64,000 bases of DNA from Bacillales bacterium UBA3206 (GCA_002363705.1 DEWQ01000011.1:154168-218167); one strand, 5' to 3'; counted from the stretch's first letter, positions 1 to 10,276 are shown. Notes: generated from the letters alone by a model not told the origin. A program made the numbers and translations.

Positions 1-1183
1 GTATTAAATGAAATCTTTGAGGCGATTTCTATTACATTATTTACTTGTTGAATTTCATAATCTAATTTTTGATTAAATATATTTAATTCTTCGTTATAGT
101 TATCATCCCAATCTTCCTGTTCGTCTGCATCTAAGAAATTAAAGAAATCCTTAAGGCCTACTTCGGCTGATTGTTCTTTTGTTCCTTCTTTTAATTTTTT
201 AAGTCTAGTTTTAATCTTCTCAAAAGTTTCAATTAAGGCAAATGATGATGAAGCTAAAAGCTTTCTTACTACAAGAATACATAGATTTTTGTTTTGCCCA
301 GGAAAACCATATTCTGCAGTTTTAGCATATTTGTCTACTAACTCATACAAAATCTTTTCATCTTGAGATAATTCAAAATCCATAGTTATACACGTTCTCT
401 TAGCAAACTTCATTTCCTTAGCAACTTCTTTTCTTAAGGTTCTAACCATAATAGGACGAAGTTCGTTTTTTAACTCATCGTATTGTTGATTTTTTATAAA
501 TCTACTATTAAATACTTTTTCACTTTCAAATATTCTTGGGTCAATAAATGATACTAATCCATATAAATCATCTAATGAATTTTGTAATGGTGTAGCAGTA
601 AGTAATAATTTAGGAATCTTATGAGTTGAATCAAATAGATTCTTTGCGGTTTTAGTACCTTTAAAAACATTTCTCATATTATGAGCTTCATCAATTACCA
701 CTAAATCCCACTTAATATTTGCAAAATCCTGATGCTTTAAAAATCTAGAAGCTAATCTATAACTTAATATAATAACATGTGGTTCACCAGATTTATCAAA
801 AAAACTTCTAAGCCATCTTCTGCAATCTTTATCACTAATCCTAATTCCATCTATTACTTCAGATGGAATTTGAAATTTTTCTTGCAATTCTAATTGCCAC
901 TGTACTCTTAGAGCGGCAGGAGTTGCAATTAAAATATTTTGTTTCTTCTGTTTTAATAAATATTTCAAAACCAAACCAGCTTCAATTGTTTTACCTAAAC
1001 CTACTTCATCAGCTAGTATTATTCCACCTGTAGGAATAGAACTAATCGCCTTCAAAAAAGCATACATTTGATGTGTATTCTTTTGAATATTCTTATTATG
1101 AAGGCATCTAAAAGGAGAATTCTTTATTGTCTCAATTTTAGGCACAGAAAACTGTTCTATAATTCTATTATTATTATCCATAA
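1..1183 (-). CDS. SNF2-family helicase (N-terminal ~394 aa; 3' end runs off the window start)
   Basis: Manual minus-strand translation gives a start at 1183 behind an RBS (ggaagaaaggagaatattt). Walker A 'DEVGLGKTIEAG' and a DEAH box 'DEAHNMRN' match SNF2/helicase motifs I and II. It sits 20 nt downstream of the Dcm gene. Confidence 0.7.
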
Positions 1184-1203
1184 ATATTCTCCTTTCTTCC
1201 TTA

Positions 1204-2445
1204 TTAGAGTTGTTTTAATAGTTCTTTAGCAATCATTTCACTTATGATTGGTGGCACAGCATTACCAACTTGAATAAATTGTGCTGATCTGTTTCCTTCA
1301 AAGAAATAATCATCAGGGAATGATTGAATTCTAGCTGCTTCTCTAACGGTTATTGATCTACATTGATTAATATCAGGATGAATAAAATAGTGTCCATCTT
1401 TAGATAAATGAGCAACAATAGTTTGAGATGAACTTAGATTTGAAGCTATTACTTTAAATCTATCCAAGAAACATCCCCTATTATTATGTGTCCATAATTC
1501 TTCAGGTAAATCTGTATATTTTAATCTTTTATTATCATTGTTCCAAGCTTCAATAACTCGTCTATAAATTTCTGCATCATGCTCATTTAAATATCTTGCA
1601 CTATTAAGCGTTAAAATATCATTTTCAGTTCTTATGTTATACTTTTTCAAGTATTCAGGTATCTCAGTTGTTTTATATTGATCAGACGTTTCAGTTGGAT
1701 GTAAGACTGGCAAATCACTTAATAAATCTTTTAATGTATATTCATGATTTACAACTTCAAAATTAGGATAGAATCTTCCGCTTCCTCTTTTCCATCCAAT
1801 CAAAATTACTCTTTTTCTATTTTGCAATAAACCATAATCATCAAAATTAATTAAATGGTCCATTACTTCATATCCAATCTCATCTAATTTAGATTTTAAA
1901 TCACTAAAGTAATGTCCACCACCAGCAGTATATAACCCAGGAACATTTTCAAATACAAACATTTTCGGTTTATAGTGATCAACTATTTCAATATATCTTA
2001 AATACAAATGGTTTCTTGGGTCACTTTCCATTGAATCTTCACTTCTTGCCCTACCTACTAAAGAATAAGCTTGGCAAGGTGGACCTCCAATAATTACATC
2101 TATTTTTCTAATTCTTTTACTTCTTTTTATTCTTTCAATTCTTGAGTATAATTGATTCATTGTATCAGCAGAAATGGTATGTTCTATTACAGATGAAGTA
2201 ACTTCTTCAGGAACTGAATGATATAGTTCATCTCTAGATATCTCTTCTCTTAAGTATCTATAATATAAATTCATCATATTATTTTGCTTAAGATAATAGT
2301 AAACTGATCTAGTTTTTAAAGTTTCACAAGCATCTGAATTCATTTCTACGTGAGCTATATCAATATAGCCTTGTCTTTGAAAGCCTTCTGATAATCCTCC
2401 AGCCCCAGCAAACAAATCCAAGTATGATGGTTTCCTATTTGCCAT
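1204..2445 (-). CDS. DNA (cytosine-5)-methyltransferase
   Basis: C5-MTase motifs are present: I 'DLFAGAGGLSEGF', IV 'GGPPCQAYS', VI 'ENVPGL' and X 'QVGNAVPP'. The track ORF runs to 2529, but the M at 2445 (MANRKPSYLDLFAGAGG) has RBS 'gaaagga' and removes the overlap with the upstream gene. Confidence 0.85.
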   Translation of the reverse strand: MANRKPSYLDLFAGAGGLSEGFQRQGYIDIAHVEMNSDACETLKTRSVYYYLKQNNMMNLYYRYLREEISRDELYHSVPEEVTSSVIEHTISADTMNQLYSRIERIKRSKRIRKIDVIIGGPPCQAYSLVGRARSEDSMESDPRNHLYLRYIEIVDHYKPKMFVFENVPGLYTAGGGHYFSDLKSKLDEIGYEVMDHLINFDDYGLLQNRKRVILIGWKRGSGRFYPNFEVVNHEYTLKDLLSDLPVLHPTETSDQYKTTEIPEYLKKYNIRTENDILTLNSARYLNEHDAEIYRRVIEAWNNDNKRLKYTDLPEELWTHNNRGCFLDRFKVIASNLSSSQTIVAHLSKDGHYFIHPDINQCRSITVREAARIQSFPDDYFFEGNRSAQFIQVGNAVPPIISEMIAKELLKQL

Positions 2446-2446
2446 A

Positions 2447-2968
2447 TCATTTATCCTTTCTTCTTTTATCCCATAGAACAATTGCACATTCTTCAGATAA
2501 AAGGCATTTTTCAATATAATCTTTAACACTAAAACCTAAGGTCATATCCTCAGGGGCTAACAATTCTCCTGCTAAATAATTAGCTTGCCATTCAGGATTC
2601 TCATAAGCTTTAATCTCAGTATTTGTCTCTGCAACCCCAAATTTTAATACATAAAGCAATAAATAATGTGATAGTTCATGCGCTAAAGTAAATCTAGATC
2701 TACCAACATCATTTGAAGCTTCTTCGTAAACTGAATACTTTATATACATAGTATTACTACTAAGTTCATATAATGCTATTTCATCATCTTTTAATAACTC
2801 ACATTTATTATCCACTATTAAAAGATTAATCAATCCTTGGCAATGCAAATTATCAATTATTTCTAAAACAGGAAATACATATCCCATTACACCAAAATCA
2901 TTTCTAAACTTAATTGCAAGATCTTTAAGCTTTTTCTTACTTACTGGTGTGCATTTATAACTGCTCAC
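2447..2968 (-). CDS. ImmA/IrrE-family metallopeptidase (COG2856-like)
   Basis: It carries an HExxH motif 'HELSHYLL' and has a 4-nt overlap (ATGA) with the upstream XRE regulator, a typical ImmR/ImmA pairing on mobile elements. Confidence 0.65.
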   Translation of the reverse strand: MSSYKCTPVSKKKLKDLAIKFRNDFGVMGYVFPVLEIIDNLHCQGLINLLIVDNKCELLKDDEIALYELSSNTMYIKYSVYEEASNDVGRSRFTLAHELSHYLLLYVLKFGVAETNTEIKAYENPEWQANYLAGELLAPEDMTLGFSVKDYIEKCLLSEECAIVLWDKRRKDK

Positions 2969-3324
2969 TCTTCATCATCCGATTCCAAAATTTTACGTAG
3001 TTCTTCTAACTTCTTTTGTGATGCAGTATTTATTGTTCTTGCAAAGGCAAGAGTAACTTCTTGCTGTGCATCATTCATATCTTGTAAATCAATTGAAATC
3101 TTCTTATTTGTATAATCGATAGAATTTTTCAATTCTTTCGATTGCTCAGGAGTTAAATTGAAAATTTCCGTTAGTTTATCTCCATAGTTAATAGGTACAG
3201 CTTTTTTGTTATTTTCAATCAAACTTAAAAAAGGAACACTTACATCTAATTCCTGAGCTAATGTTTGTAAAGAAACATTATGCTCTTTTCTTAATTGACG
3301 TAAATAGAAGCCAAAAAGAATCAT
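2965..3324 (-). CDS. XRE-family HTH transcriptional regulator (ImmR-like)
   Basis: The N-terminal HTH_3 segment is 'LRQLRKEHNVSLQTLAQELDVSVPFLSLIENNKK'. Confidence 0.75.
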   Translation of the reverse strand: MILFGFYLRQLRKEHNVSLQTLAQELDVSVPFLSLIENNKKAVPINYGDKLTEIFNLTPEQSKELKNSIDYTNKKISIDLQDMNDAQQEVTLAFARTINTASQKKLEELRKILESDDEE

Positions 3325-3445
3325 AATACTCTACCTCCGTTATAAATAGTAACTCATTATATGAATTATACCATAATTTAACCAACGAGGTAAAGTTTGT
3401 TTTTATATTTAAAATATAAAAAAGGATTAATTTTTTCATTAATCC

Positions 3446-3667
3446 TCACTTAAACTTTAATTTTTTAGGATTTATTTTTAATCTTTGATAAAAATCTTCT
3501 GCGATTATATAGTATGTTAATCTTGAATTATCTCCAACTCTCATTGCAACACCTGGTAAATATCCTCTTTTAATGCATTCTCTAACAGATTGCTCATTAA
3601 TATGTAATATCTTTGCTGCATCTTTAACGGATAATAAACGATCAGGTTCTTTCTTTTTACCCCACAT
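3446..3667 (-). CDS. Small HTH DNA-binding protein (excisionase/HTH_17-like)
   Basis: The 73-aa protein has a central HTH 'LSVKDAAKILHINEQSVRECIKRG' and overlaps the integrase gene end by 11 nt. Confidence 0.45.
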   Translation of the reverse strand: MWGKKKEPDRLLSVKDAAKILHINEQSVRECIKRGYLPGVAMRVGDNSRLTYYIIAEDFYQRLKINPKKLKFK

Positions 3668-4733
3668 ATTTCATATCCTCCTCAAATGCATCATTAACAA
3701 TTTTATATAAATCGCCAATACCAAAATGCGTATAGGTATCTTCATCAACATTTCCAGCACTATGTCCTGTTAATTTCTTTGTAAAAGTAGAATCTACTCC
3801 TCTTAGTCTTAATCTAGAAGTATATGTATGTCTAGTTTCGTGAATGGTATGATTCATATTAGACTTCTTTTTAAAATTATCAAATAAAACTCTTATCTGA
3901 CCATAATTATATTTATATGCACCATCATATAAAAAATATTCTTTATTCTTATTATATTGATGTAATACCATTTGATAAATACAACTAGGAATTGGAACTT
4001 TTCTAATACCATTATTTGTTTTTGAATTAGTTATTGTTATATATCTTTCTTGTAAATTTAGATCTTTAGTTTTCAATTCTAATAATTCACTTATACGTAA
4101 TCCTGTGTATAAAAGTATTAAAAGAATTCTATAAATTAATTCACCGCTATTCTTCCAAATATATTCTATTTCTGATTCTTTATATACATTTTTAATCTTC
4201 TTTTTATATGCTTTTTTATATTTATCAAATTTTACAAATTTTGAATAGTTCTTATCAACAATGTCATTACCTATTGCATAATTATATAGTTGATTTAATA
4301 GTATCTGCATTTTCTTTATCATTGGATAATTCTTATTAGATTTAGTAATTGCTAGTTCTATATCAGCTGTCTTAATAGAATCAAAATATAAATCATGAAG
4401 ATGCGATAATCCATTAAATGCTGCATTATATGATGTTTTTGAACTATTAGATAATTGTTCATTTGAATTGCTCCATTGAATATATACATCACTAAATAAT
4501 AATCTTAAAGCATCTTTATTATAACTAACACCAATATAATCATTTAAAGCTTCTTCAGCTTCTTTTTTATTTTCATAATAACCAATAACCTTATATGATT
4601 GCTTAAATTTAGGTATACCATTTTCTTTTTTAGCTTCTTCAAAACCTCTAGTAACTTTAGCTACCCAAGGTCTTCTTCTTTTAACATCACTAAGCTTATA
4701 TACAGTACCAGTACCATTTATTCTTTTAGACAT
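3657..4733 (-). CDS. Tyrosine site-specific integrase
   Basis: The C-terminal catalytic region reads 'HETRHTYTSRLRLRG...LTGHS...YTH' (R..HxxR..Y), preceded by a SAM-like N-terminal domain. Confidence 0.85.
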   Translation of the reverse strand: MSKRINGTGTVYKLSDVKRRRPWVAKVTRGFEEAKKENGIPKFKQSYKVIGYYENKKEAEEALNDYIGVSYNKDALRLLFSDVYIQWSNSNEQLSNSSKTSYNAAFNGLSHLHDLYFDSIKTADIELAITKSNKNYPMIKKMQILLNQLYNYAIGNDIVDKNYSKFVKFDKYKKAYKKKIKNVYKESEIEYIWKNSGELIYRILLILLYTGLRISELLELKTKDLNLQERYITITNSKTNNGIRKVPIPSCIYQMVLHQYNKNKEYFLYDGAYKYNYGQIRVLFDNFKKKSNMNHTIHETRHTYTSRLRLRGVDSTFTKKLTGHSAGNVDEDTYTHFGIGDLYKIVNDAFEEDMKYVG

Positions 4734-6040
4734 TATTGTTCCATCTCCCTTTCTCTTTTTTCCTTCATTAAATTATAATAATCATTATCTGATAAATTAT
4801 ATCCTTCATATTCTAATGTATCATCTAAGTCTTCATGCCAATGATTACGCTTAGCATTACCCATATTTGACTCATTATAAGCAATTTCTTGTAATATGCC
4901 CATAAATCCTTTAGCAAGTGTTTTAAATAACTCACAACAAGCATCATTCGTTTTATAAACTTCCTTACGGCGTTCTTCCCATTCACCTTTTTTAACATCA
5001 CCTTTAGTGATAGTTTTCTTATTTAGAATATCTCTACCTTTAAAATAATTTTTAAGTTCATTCTTACACATATCCTCTTTTATAGCTTTCATAAACTTTA
5101 AAATCTTATTACCACATCTTTTATGTAAGTCAGCCATATGAGAATTGTAATGAGCTGTAAGTTCTTTTTTTGCTCTTTCAGGTGGATAATTATGATATTT
5201 TAATTCCCGCTTGGCTCTTTCAAATGCATTATAAGAAAAGAGTTCATAAGGACTTTTATTAGAATATTTCCAATTAAAGAAATGTTTAGTTAACTCATTT
5301 ATTAATTGTTTATCTTTAGGTTCTAGTTCCATGTAATTCCAGCTGTGATCTTTAGATAACTGTTTTTCAGTAACCATGAAATCATCTAACAATTCCATCT
5401 CTTTAGATAATCTAGAAATACCAGCAATACATCTTCCTCTTGATTCAATTAATTCTTTAACAAATGGTTTCTTTTCCATAGAATCAATTATAAAATCATG
5501 AGCTTTTACCAATTGAGATTTTGAAAATAAAGTGCTCGAAAAACAATGCTCACCTTTACCATTCACCTTAAGCTTTTCTTCTTCCCAAAAAATAAAATGA
5601 ATGTGAGGGTGTAATGTATTTTTATGAAGACTTATGAATGTATTAACATTTTCTGGTAACAAACCAAGTTTCTTAAACATATCAGGAAAGTTCTCAACCA
5701 TTAATTTATGGGCATCTTCCGGCGTTTCAAGTCTACCTTGAGCATATTCAGGAAGAAAACTCAAGACTCCAGACCAAATAGGACCTTTATGATTGTTTAA
5801 AGATTCCTTTATTTCAGGCAATTTATCATCCGTTATTTCACCATCATAATTGTATAATCCTGTACTTCCTGGTCTATATTTGGTATATCCAATGATTGTA
5901 TTATCAACAGACTTTTCTACAGCTTCTTCTCGTGATAAATATGTAACACAATTAAAGCCTTCTTGTTTCTTACAACTATAAAAATCATCATTGTAATGTG
6001 ATTTTATGTTTAATATGATTGCTTTAGATAAATTAACCAT
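4733..6040 (-). CDS. Putative relaxase (MOBP/MOBQ-like 3-His motif) / HUH endonuclease
   Basis: 'SLHKNTLHPHIHFIFW' fits the H-x4-H-x-H relaxase motif III. It overlaps a small RHH gene upstream by 1 nt and the integrase downstream by 1 nt. Confidence 0.45.
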   Translation of the reverse strand: MVNLSKAIILNIKSHYNDDFYSCKKQEGFNCVTYLSREEAVEKSVDNTIIGYTKYRPGSTGLYNYDGEITDDKLPEIKESLNNHKGPIWSGVLSFLPEYAQGRLETPEDAHKLMVENFPDMFKKLGLLPENVNTFISLHKNTLHPHIHFIFWEEEKLKVNGKGEHCFSSTLFSKSQLVKAHDFIIDSMEKKPFVKELIESRGRCIAGISRLSKEMELLDDFMVTEKQLSKDHSWNYMELEPKDKQLINELTKHFFNWKYSNKSPYELFSYNAFERAKRELKYHNYPPERAKKELTAHYNSHMADLHKRCGNKILKFMKAIKEDMCKNELKNYFKGRDILNKKTITKGDVKKGEWEERRKEVYKTNDACCELFKTLAKGFMGILQEIAYNESNMGNAKRNHWHEDLDDTLEYEGYNLSDNDYYNLMKEKREREMEQ

Positions 6041-6342
6041 TACTTATTACCATTGTTTATTAATATTTTGAAACCTTTTTCTAACACTTGCATCATTATT
6101 TCTAGCTTATCAATAATTTTATCGTAACGAGAAACAACACATTTCAAAGATTCTAATAACATCTCTTTATAATTATCTGTGTTTTTATAGTCACCGATAA
6201 CTTGAAGACCCGCTTCAAGTAACTCACATATAAATTGTGATTTATTATCAGCTTTACTTTTTTCGTAATACTCAGCTAAATTATTAAACAACTGTTGATC
6301 ACGTATTATAATTGATACCTTATTCTTATCAAATTTATCCAT
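6040..6342 (-). CDS. Ribbon-helix-helix (MobC/CopG-like) relaxosome accessory protein, putative
   Basis: The 100-aa protein has an RHH-like N-terminal pattern 'KVSIIIRDQQLFNNLAEYYEKSKADNKSQFICELLEAGL' and sits immediately upstream of the putative relaxase. Confidence 0.35.
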   Translation of the reverse strand: MDKFDKNKVSIIIRDQQLFNNLAEYYEKSKADNKSQFICELLEAGLQVIGDYKNTDNYKEMLLESLKCVVSRYDKIIDKLEIMMQVLEKGFKILINNGNK

Positions 6343-6529
6343 ACTAACATCTCCTTAGTCATTTTTGTATACTTTTTAGTTATATTAGTCTCGACTACGA
6401 CCTAATATTATCACATTCAAAATCCTTTGTCAAAACCCGACCCGCACACTTTTCTTGCTTTTTTGTTGCATTTAATATATAATATTGTTGATTTAACATA
6501 TAACATGAGTTAAGGAAGTGATATTATAA

Positions 6530-7807
6530 ATGAACAAATTTGACTTAATTAGTGCTAAAAACCATGTAAAAACCAACATTATGGTAACTAACATAATTAA
6601 ATATATGGAAAATAACAAAATTACATTTAAAAAGATGAGTTTTGATATGAAAATTCCTGAATCAACATTAAAAAGTGCTGTAGCTAAAAACTACAGCGCC
6701 ATTTCAACATTAGAAAACATATGTAAGTTCTATAAAATTACACTTCCAGATTTCGATAATTTCAATTATGGCGCTTATTGCGGTAAGGAGCAGGCAATAA
6801 TAGATTTAACTAATTATTTAAACACTACTCTATATCATTTATCCCAAAATCATATATCTCAAGAAGAATTTGAAAAATATTTTATATTAATAGCTTATGA
6901 ATTCTTATTTAATAATAGAGTTTATATTCCTTCTTCTATTAGACGAAAAAGCAAATTTACTGATATAGACAAAAAGCTAATAAAAGCTAACAACAACATA
7001 AGAAATATCATCGCAAATGTGTTAAATCAAAAAGGATTAAAGTTAAATAGTGATACTTACCAATCAAGGGCTAATGCACCATTAAATAAATATGATGTAT
7101 CTTATAATGTTCCTCTATGTTCTTATGAACCTCAAGAATCAGATATTAATAATAGTCCTGATATGATTGGCGAATCATTACATAACATTAAAATAAAAAG
7201 TGGTCTAACATTGGATCAGTTTGGCAATATATTTTCCCTTGATGGTTCAACAATAAAAAACATTGAAGCCGGAAGATATATTTTAAAATATAATTATGTT
7301 AAATGGATATATGCATTATTTGATAATGTAGAAATCAATGATTTAATAACTAAAGAACAAGCATCATTAAATATAAATTATGATTTTGCTTATGATAGTA
7401 TTACAAAAAATATTCCAAAGCTTTCCTCATTTAAAACTAGAGATGCTAGTGGAAAATTAAGAACAGCAATCCAGTTCTTATCTCCAGAACCATCATTTAT
7501 TCAAGATTATGAACGTCTTGAAGTTTTCTTAGCAATAATATCTACCGGATTTAAGATCAATAAAGAATTCTTATTTGAAGCATTTAATTACCCGGATGTA
7601 AAATTAAATACAAAAGATATCGAATGGATAAATACTGAAATAAAGAAAGCAGTCAAAACCGAATATAAAGATGCTTTAACTAGAAAATATACAAAAATAT
7701 GCTTTAAAGAGTTCTATCATTATGACGAAGATAAAAGTCAAATAACATTAACCGATGATAAATTAATGAGTATAATAGAAAAGCTTCAAGAGCCAAAAAG
7801 ACCGTAG
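6530..7807 (+). CDS. Tandem-HTH (XRE-like) protein, unknown function
   Basis: There are two HTH_3-like segments (aa ~36-75 and ~213-250). It is the only plus-strand gene in the element, divergent from the mobC/relaxase genes, and is followed by a hairpin terminator. Confidence 0.4.
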   Translation: MNKFDLISAKNHVKTNIMVTNIIKYMENNKITFKKMSFDMKIPESTLKSAVAKNYSAISTLENICKFYKITLPDFDNFNYGAYCGKEQAIIDLTNYLNTTLYHLSQNHISQEEFEKYFILIAYEFLFNNRVYIPSSIRRKSKFTDIDKKLIKANNNIRNIIANVLNQKGLKLNSDTYQSRANAPLNKYDVSYNVPLCSYEPQESDINNSPDMIGESLHNIKIKSGLTLDQFGNIFSLDGSTIKNIEAGRYILKYNYVKWIYALFDNVEINDLITKEQASLNINYDFAYDSITKNIPKLSSFKTRDASGKLRTAIQFLSPEPSFIQDYERLEVFLAIISTGFKINKEFLFEAFNYPDVKLNTKDIEWINTEIKKAVKTEYKDALTRKYTKICFKEFYHYDEDKSQITLTDDKLMSIIEKLQEPKRP

Positions 7808-7834
7808 TTTTTAATTACTACGGTCACTTTTTTT
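7802..7834. terminator. Bidirectional rho-independent terminator between convergent genes
   Basis: A ccgtagt/actacgg stem has T-runs on both sides. Confidence 0.5.
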
Positions 7835-8657
7835 ATAATTTAAAATCAATTATATTTGTTATTTTATCATCAACCTTTTTCTTCTTACATATATTTAAAG
7901 AATTAAAGAATAGTTTTATTTCATCTTTTAAAGGTATTAGCATTTCTTCACCATTTGAATAAACTTTTTTTCTAAGAGTAAATTCTAAATAGCTACCTCT
8001 TGTATCATCTAAATAGTTTAAATATATATTGAAGCAAGTCTTATTATTAATTTCTTCCATCATAGGATTAATAACACGTTTAGTTAACTCAACCAGTTTA
8101 TTATAACTAGCTAAATTATCTTTATATTTACAATATTCTGATAATTTATGACTATGTATTACTATACTTTTTGATGGATCTGAATTTAATAACATATATA
8201 AAATCATACCAGCATACTTTTGTGTCATATTTAAAAATGATATAAGCATATCATAATCATACTTTATAATATGAGAAAATATCTTATTATATGCTTCACT
8301 TGTTATAACAAACTCTAAAGTACTAATATCAGGATTATATTTATAATCTTTTAGAATTAATACATCAAGAAAAGTTTTAGTCTTAAATTCATCAAGTCCA
8401 TCATAAAACATTTTCTTTCTAGCGGTATCAAAGCTATTATTATTAGCTATAATCTTACGCACTCTAGTATATGAACATATAATCTTAATATCTTCATTTT
8501 CGTTATACACTCCTTTCGATTTTTTTAATGCCATTGCAAGCAAAATTACAGTAAGTTGTTGAAACCTTGTCATATAGAAGAATAATGCTGGATTACCACA
8601 TTCTAATCCTTCAATCACTTCTTCATTTTTTGTAATAAAATCATTGTTCTTTTCCAT
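7833..8657 (-). CDS. Hypothetical protein (possible plasmid/element replication initiator)
   Basis: The 274-aa protein has no recognisable catalytic motifs; the replication-initiator call rests only on its position inside the element. Confidence 0.25.
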   Translation of the reverse strand: MEKNNDFITKNEEVIEGLECGNPALFFYMTRFQQLTVILLAMALKKSKGVYNENEDIKIICSYTRVRKIIANNNSFDTARKKMFYDGLDEFKTKTFLDVLILKDYKYNPDISTLEFVITSEAYNKIFSHIIKYDYDMLISFLNMTQKYAGMILYMLLNSDPSKSIVIHSHKLSEYCKYKDNLASYNKLVELTKRVINPMMEEINNKTCFNIYLNYLDDTRGSYLEFTLRKKVYSNGEEMLIPLKDEIKLFFNSLNICKKKKVDDKITNIIDFKL

Positions 8658-8806
8658 ACAAAATCACTCACCTTTCTAACTAAATATAGTATGTATAAGA
8701 ACTATTTCTTACACCTATATTTTAACATTTTAAAGGTATCAATATTGGCTTCTACAACTCCTCCATTTCGTTAATTTGTATGTCTTAAAACGTTAGTGAA
8801 ATAAAG

Positions 8807-8849
8807 AAAAAACGCATGATAAATTGCACCGATTTAGCATGCGTTTTTT
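8807..8849. terminator. Bidirectional rho-independent terminator
   Basis: aaaaaacgcatg...catgcgtttttt forms a 12-bp stem flanked by A/T runs. Confidence 0.6.
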
Positions 8850-8867
8850 GAAAATTTTAAAGTTGGC

Positions 8868-8896
8868 TTTGTTAGTTATTTGTTAGTTACGATATA
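8868..8896. repeat. 29-bp direct repeat, copy 1 (tttgttagttatttgttagttacgatata)
   Basis: It is identical to 10067..10095 and contains an internal tandem ttgttagtta(t/c). Confidence 0.9.
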
Positions 8897-8928
8897 GCAC
8901 TAATTAATCATTAAATGATATCTATGTG

Positions 8929-10014
8929 CTAATCAAGTACATCTACAGCTTCAACTAAAAATGACGGGTCAAAATGAGTATATACTCTTTCAGTAAGTGA
9001 CTGTGTATTTGCATGTCCTACTATCTTCTTTAGAATGGTTTCATTCATATTCTTTTCACTGCACATACTAATAAAGGTATGTCTTGTGTCATGAACTAAA
9101 TGTTTTGTTCCTAATAATTCATTAATTTGTGAAAAATAGTAATCTCTATAATATCTATATAGTAATGGATCATGATTTGTATTTTCAAATAATAATTCAT
9201 TATCATTTCTATTCATCCAACTCTCGAAATATGGATAAATCTTCTTACAAATAGGAACAACTCTAATACCAGCTGATGTCTTACTTGCTGTAACATTAAA
9301 ATATCTTTCTTTTAGGTTTACTTCACATTTCTTTAAATCCAATAATTCAGATATTCTAGTTCCAGTATATATAAGCATTAAAGTAATGCTTTTAACATCA
9401 GATTCAGGCATATCCCAAATCTTTTTAACGTCTTCTTTAGAAAATTTCTCTCTATCACGCTTATTTGGATTCTTATTTGAATATTTAGCTATATCTACTA
9501 ATTCAGCATAATTCTTATCCACATATTCATTTTTTAAAGCAAATTTATATAGCATATTAAGCAAGAATTTCATTTTACGGATAGTTGAATAGTTCTTTCC
9601 ACTATCAGCAATAATTCGCTCATAATCTCTTGTTTTAAGTGAAGCGAATACTTTATTATGAATTCCTACAAAGCCTTTAAAAGCGGCATTATAACCATTC
9701 GTAGTGGATTTTGATGTTGTAGGAAAAAAGTCTTTACTCCACTTATCAAATATATCTTTAAATTTATATTTGCATTCAGGTGTAACAACTACTTTAGTCT
9801 CATTAGGATTCTTTAGTAAATCACTATTATAAGACATAAGCATGTTAAATCCATCTTGGTAAGTTTTAGCATATCCGATGGTTTTTATAATTTGTTTTTT
9901 CTTTCCATTTACTTCTTCAAATCCTATAGTCTTTCTAACTATGTATGGATTTCTTCTCGTTCCTTTAAGTTTGTAGACTTGTCCTACTCCTTGTGGTAAT
10001 TTCATTTTTCTCAT
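8929..10014 (-). CDS. Tyrosine site-specific integrase (second copy, distinct sequence)
   Basis: The C-terminus reads 'HDTRHTFISM...IVGHANTQSLTERVYTHF'. Confidence 0.85.
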   Translation of the reverse strand: MRKMKLPQGVGQVYKLKGTRRNPYIVRKTIGFEEVNGKKKQIIKTIGYAKTYQDGFNMLMSYNSDLLKNPNETKVVVTPECKYKFKDIFDKWSKDFFPTTSKSTTNGYNAAFKGFVGIHNKVFASLKTRDYERIIADSGKNYSTIRKMKFLLNMLYKFALKNEYVDKNYAELVDIAKYSNKNPNKRDREKFSKEDVKKIWDMPESDVKSITLMLIYTGTRISELLDLKKCEVNLKERYFNVTASKTSAGIRVVPICKKIYPYFESWMNRNDNELLFENTNHDPLLYRYYRDYYFSQINELLGTKHLVHDTRHTFISMCSEKNMNETILKKIVGHANTQSLTERVYTHFDPSFLVEAVDVLD

Positions 10015-10066
10015 AATTTTATCTCCTTGTTACCTAATTTTTTTATAGTAATAACAAGTAGCATAA

Positions 10067-10095
10067 TTTGTTAGTTATTTGTTAGTTACGATATA
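10067..10095. repeat. 29-bp direct repeat, copy 2
   Basis: It is a perfect match to 8868..8896. Confidence 0.9.
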
Positions 10096-10224
10096 AAAAA
10101 TGCATAAGAATTACATTCTTTTATCAAAAACAAATTAAAGTAACAAATTTACCAAAAAACCTTGAAAAATGGCTTAACAAAGCCAAAAAAAAGCCACGCA
10201 TTCGAGAATATGCGTAGCTCTTTT

Positions 10225-10276
10225 ATCTTTTTCTTTGCAATTATAATAATCAAACAATTAACGCTTAGAGAATTGT
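10225..10276. repeat. ~52-bp imperfect direct repeat, copy A (atctttttctttgcaattataataatcaaacaatt...cttagagaattgt)
   Basis: It matches 11824..11879 with a few substitutions and one short indel. Confidence 0.8.
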
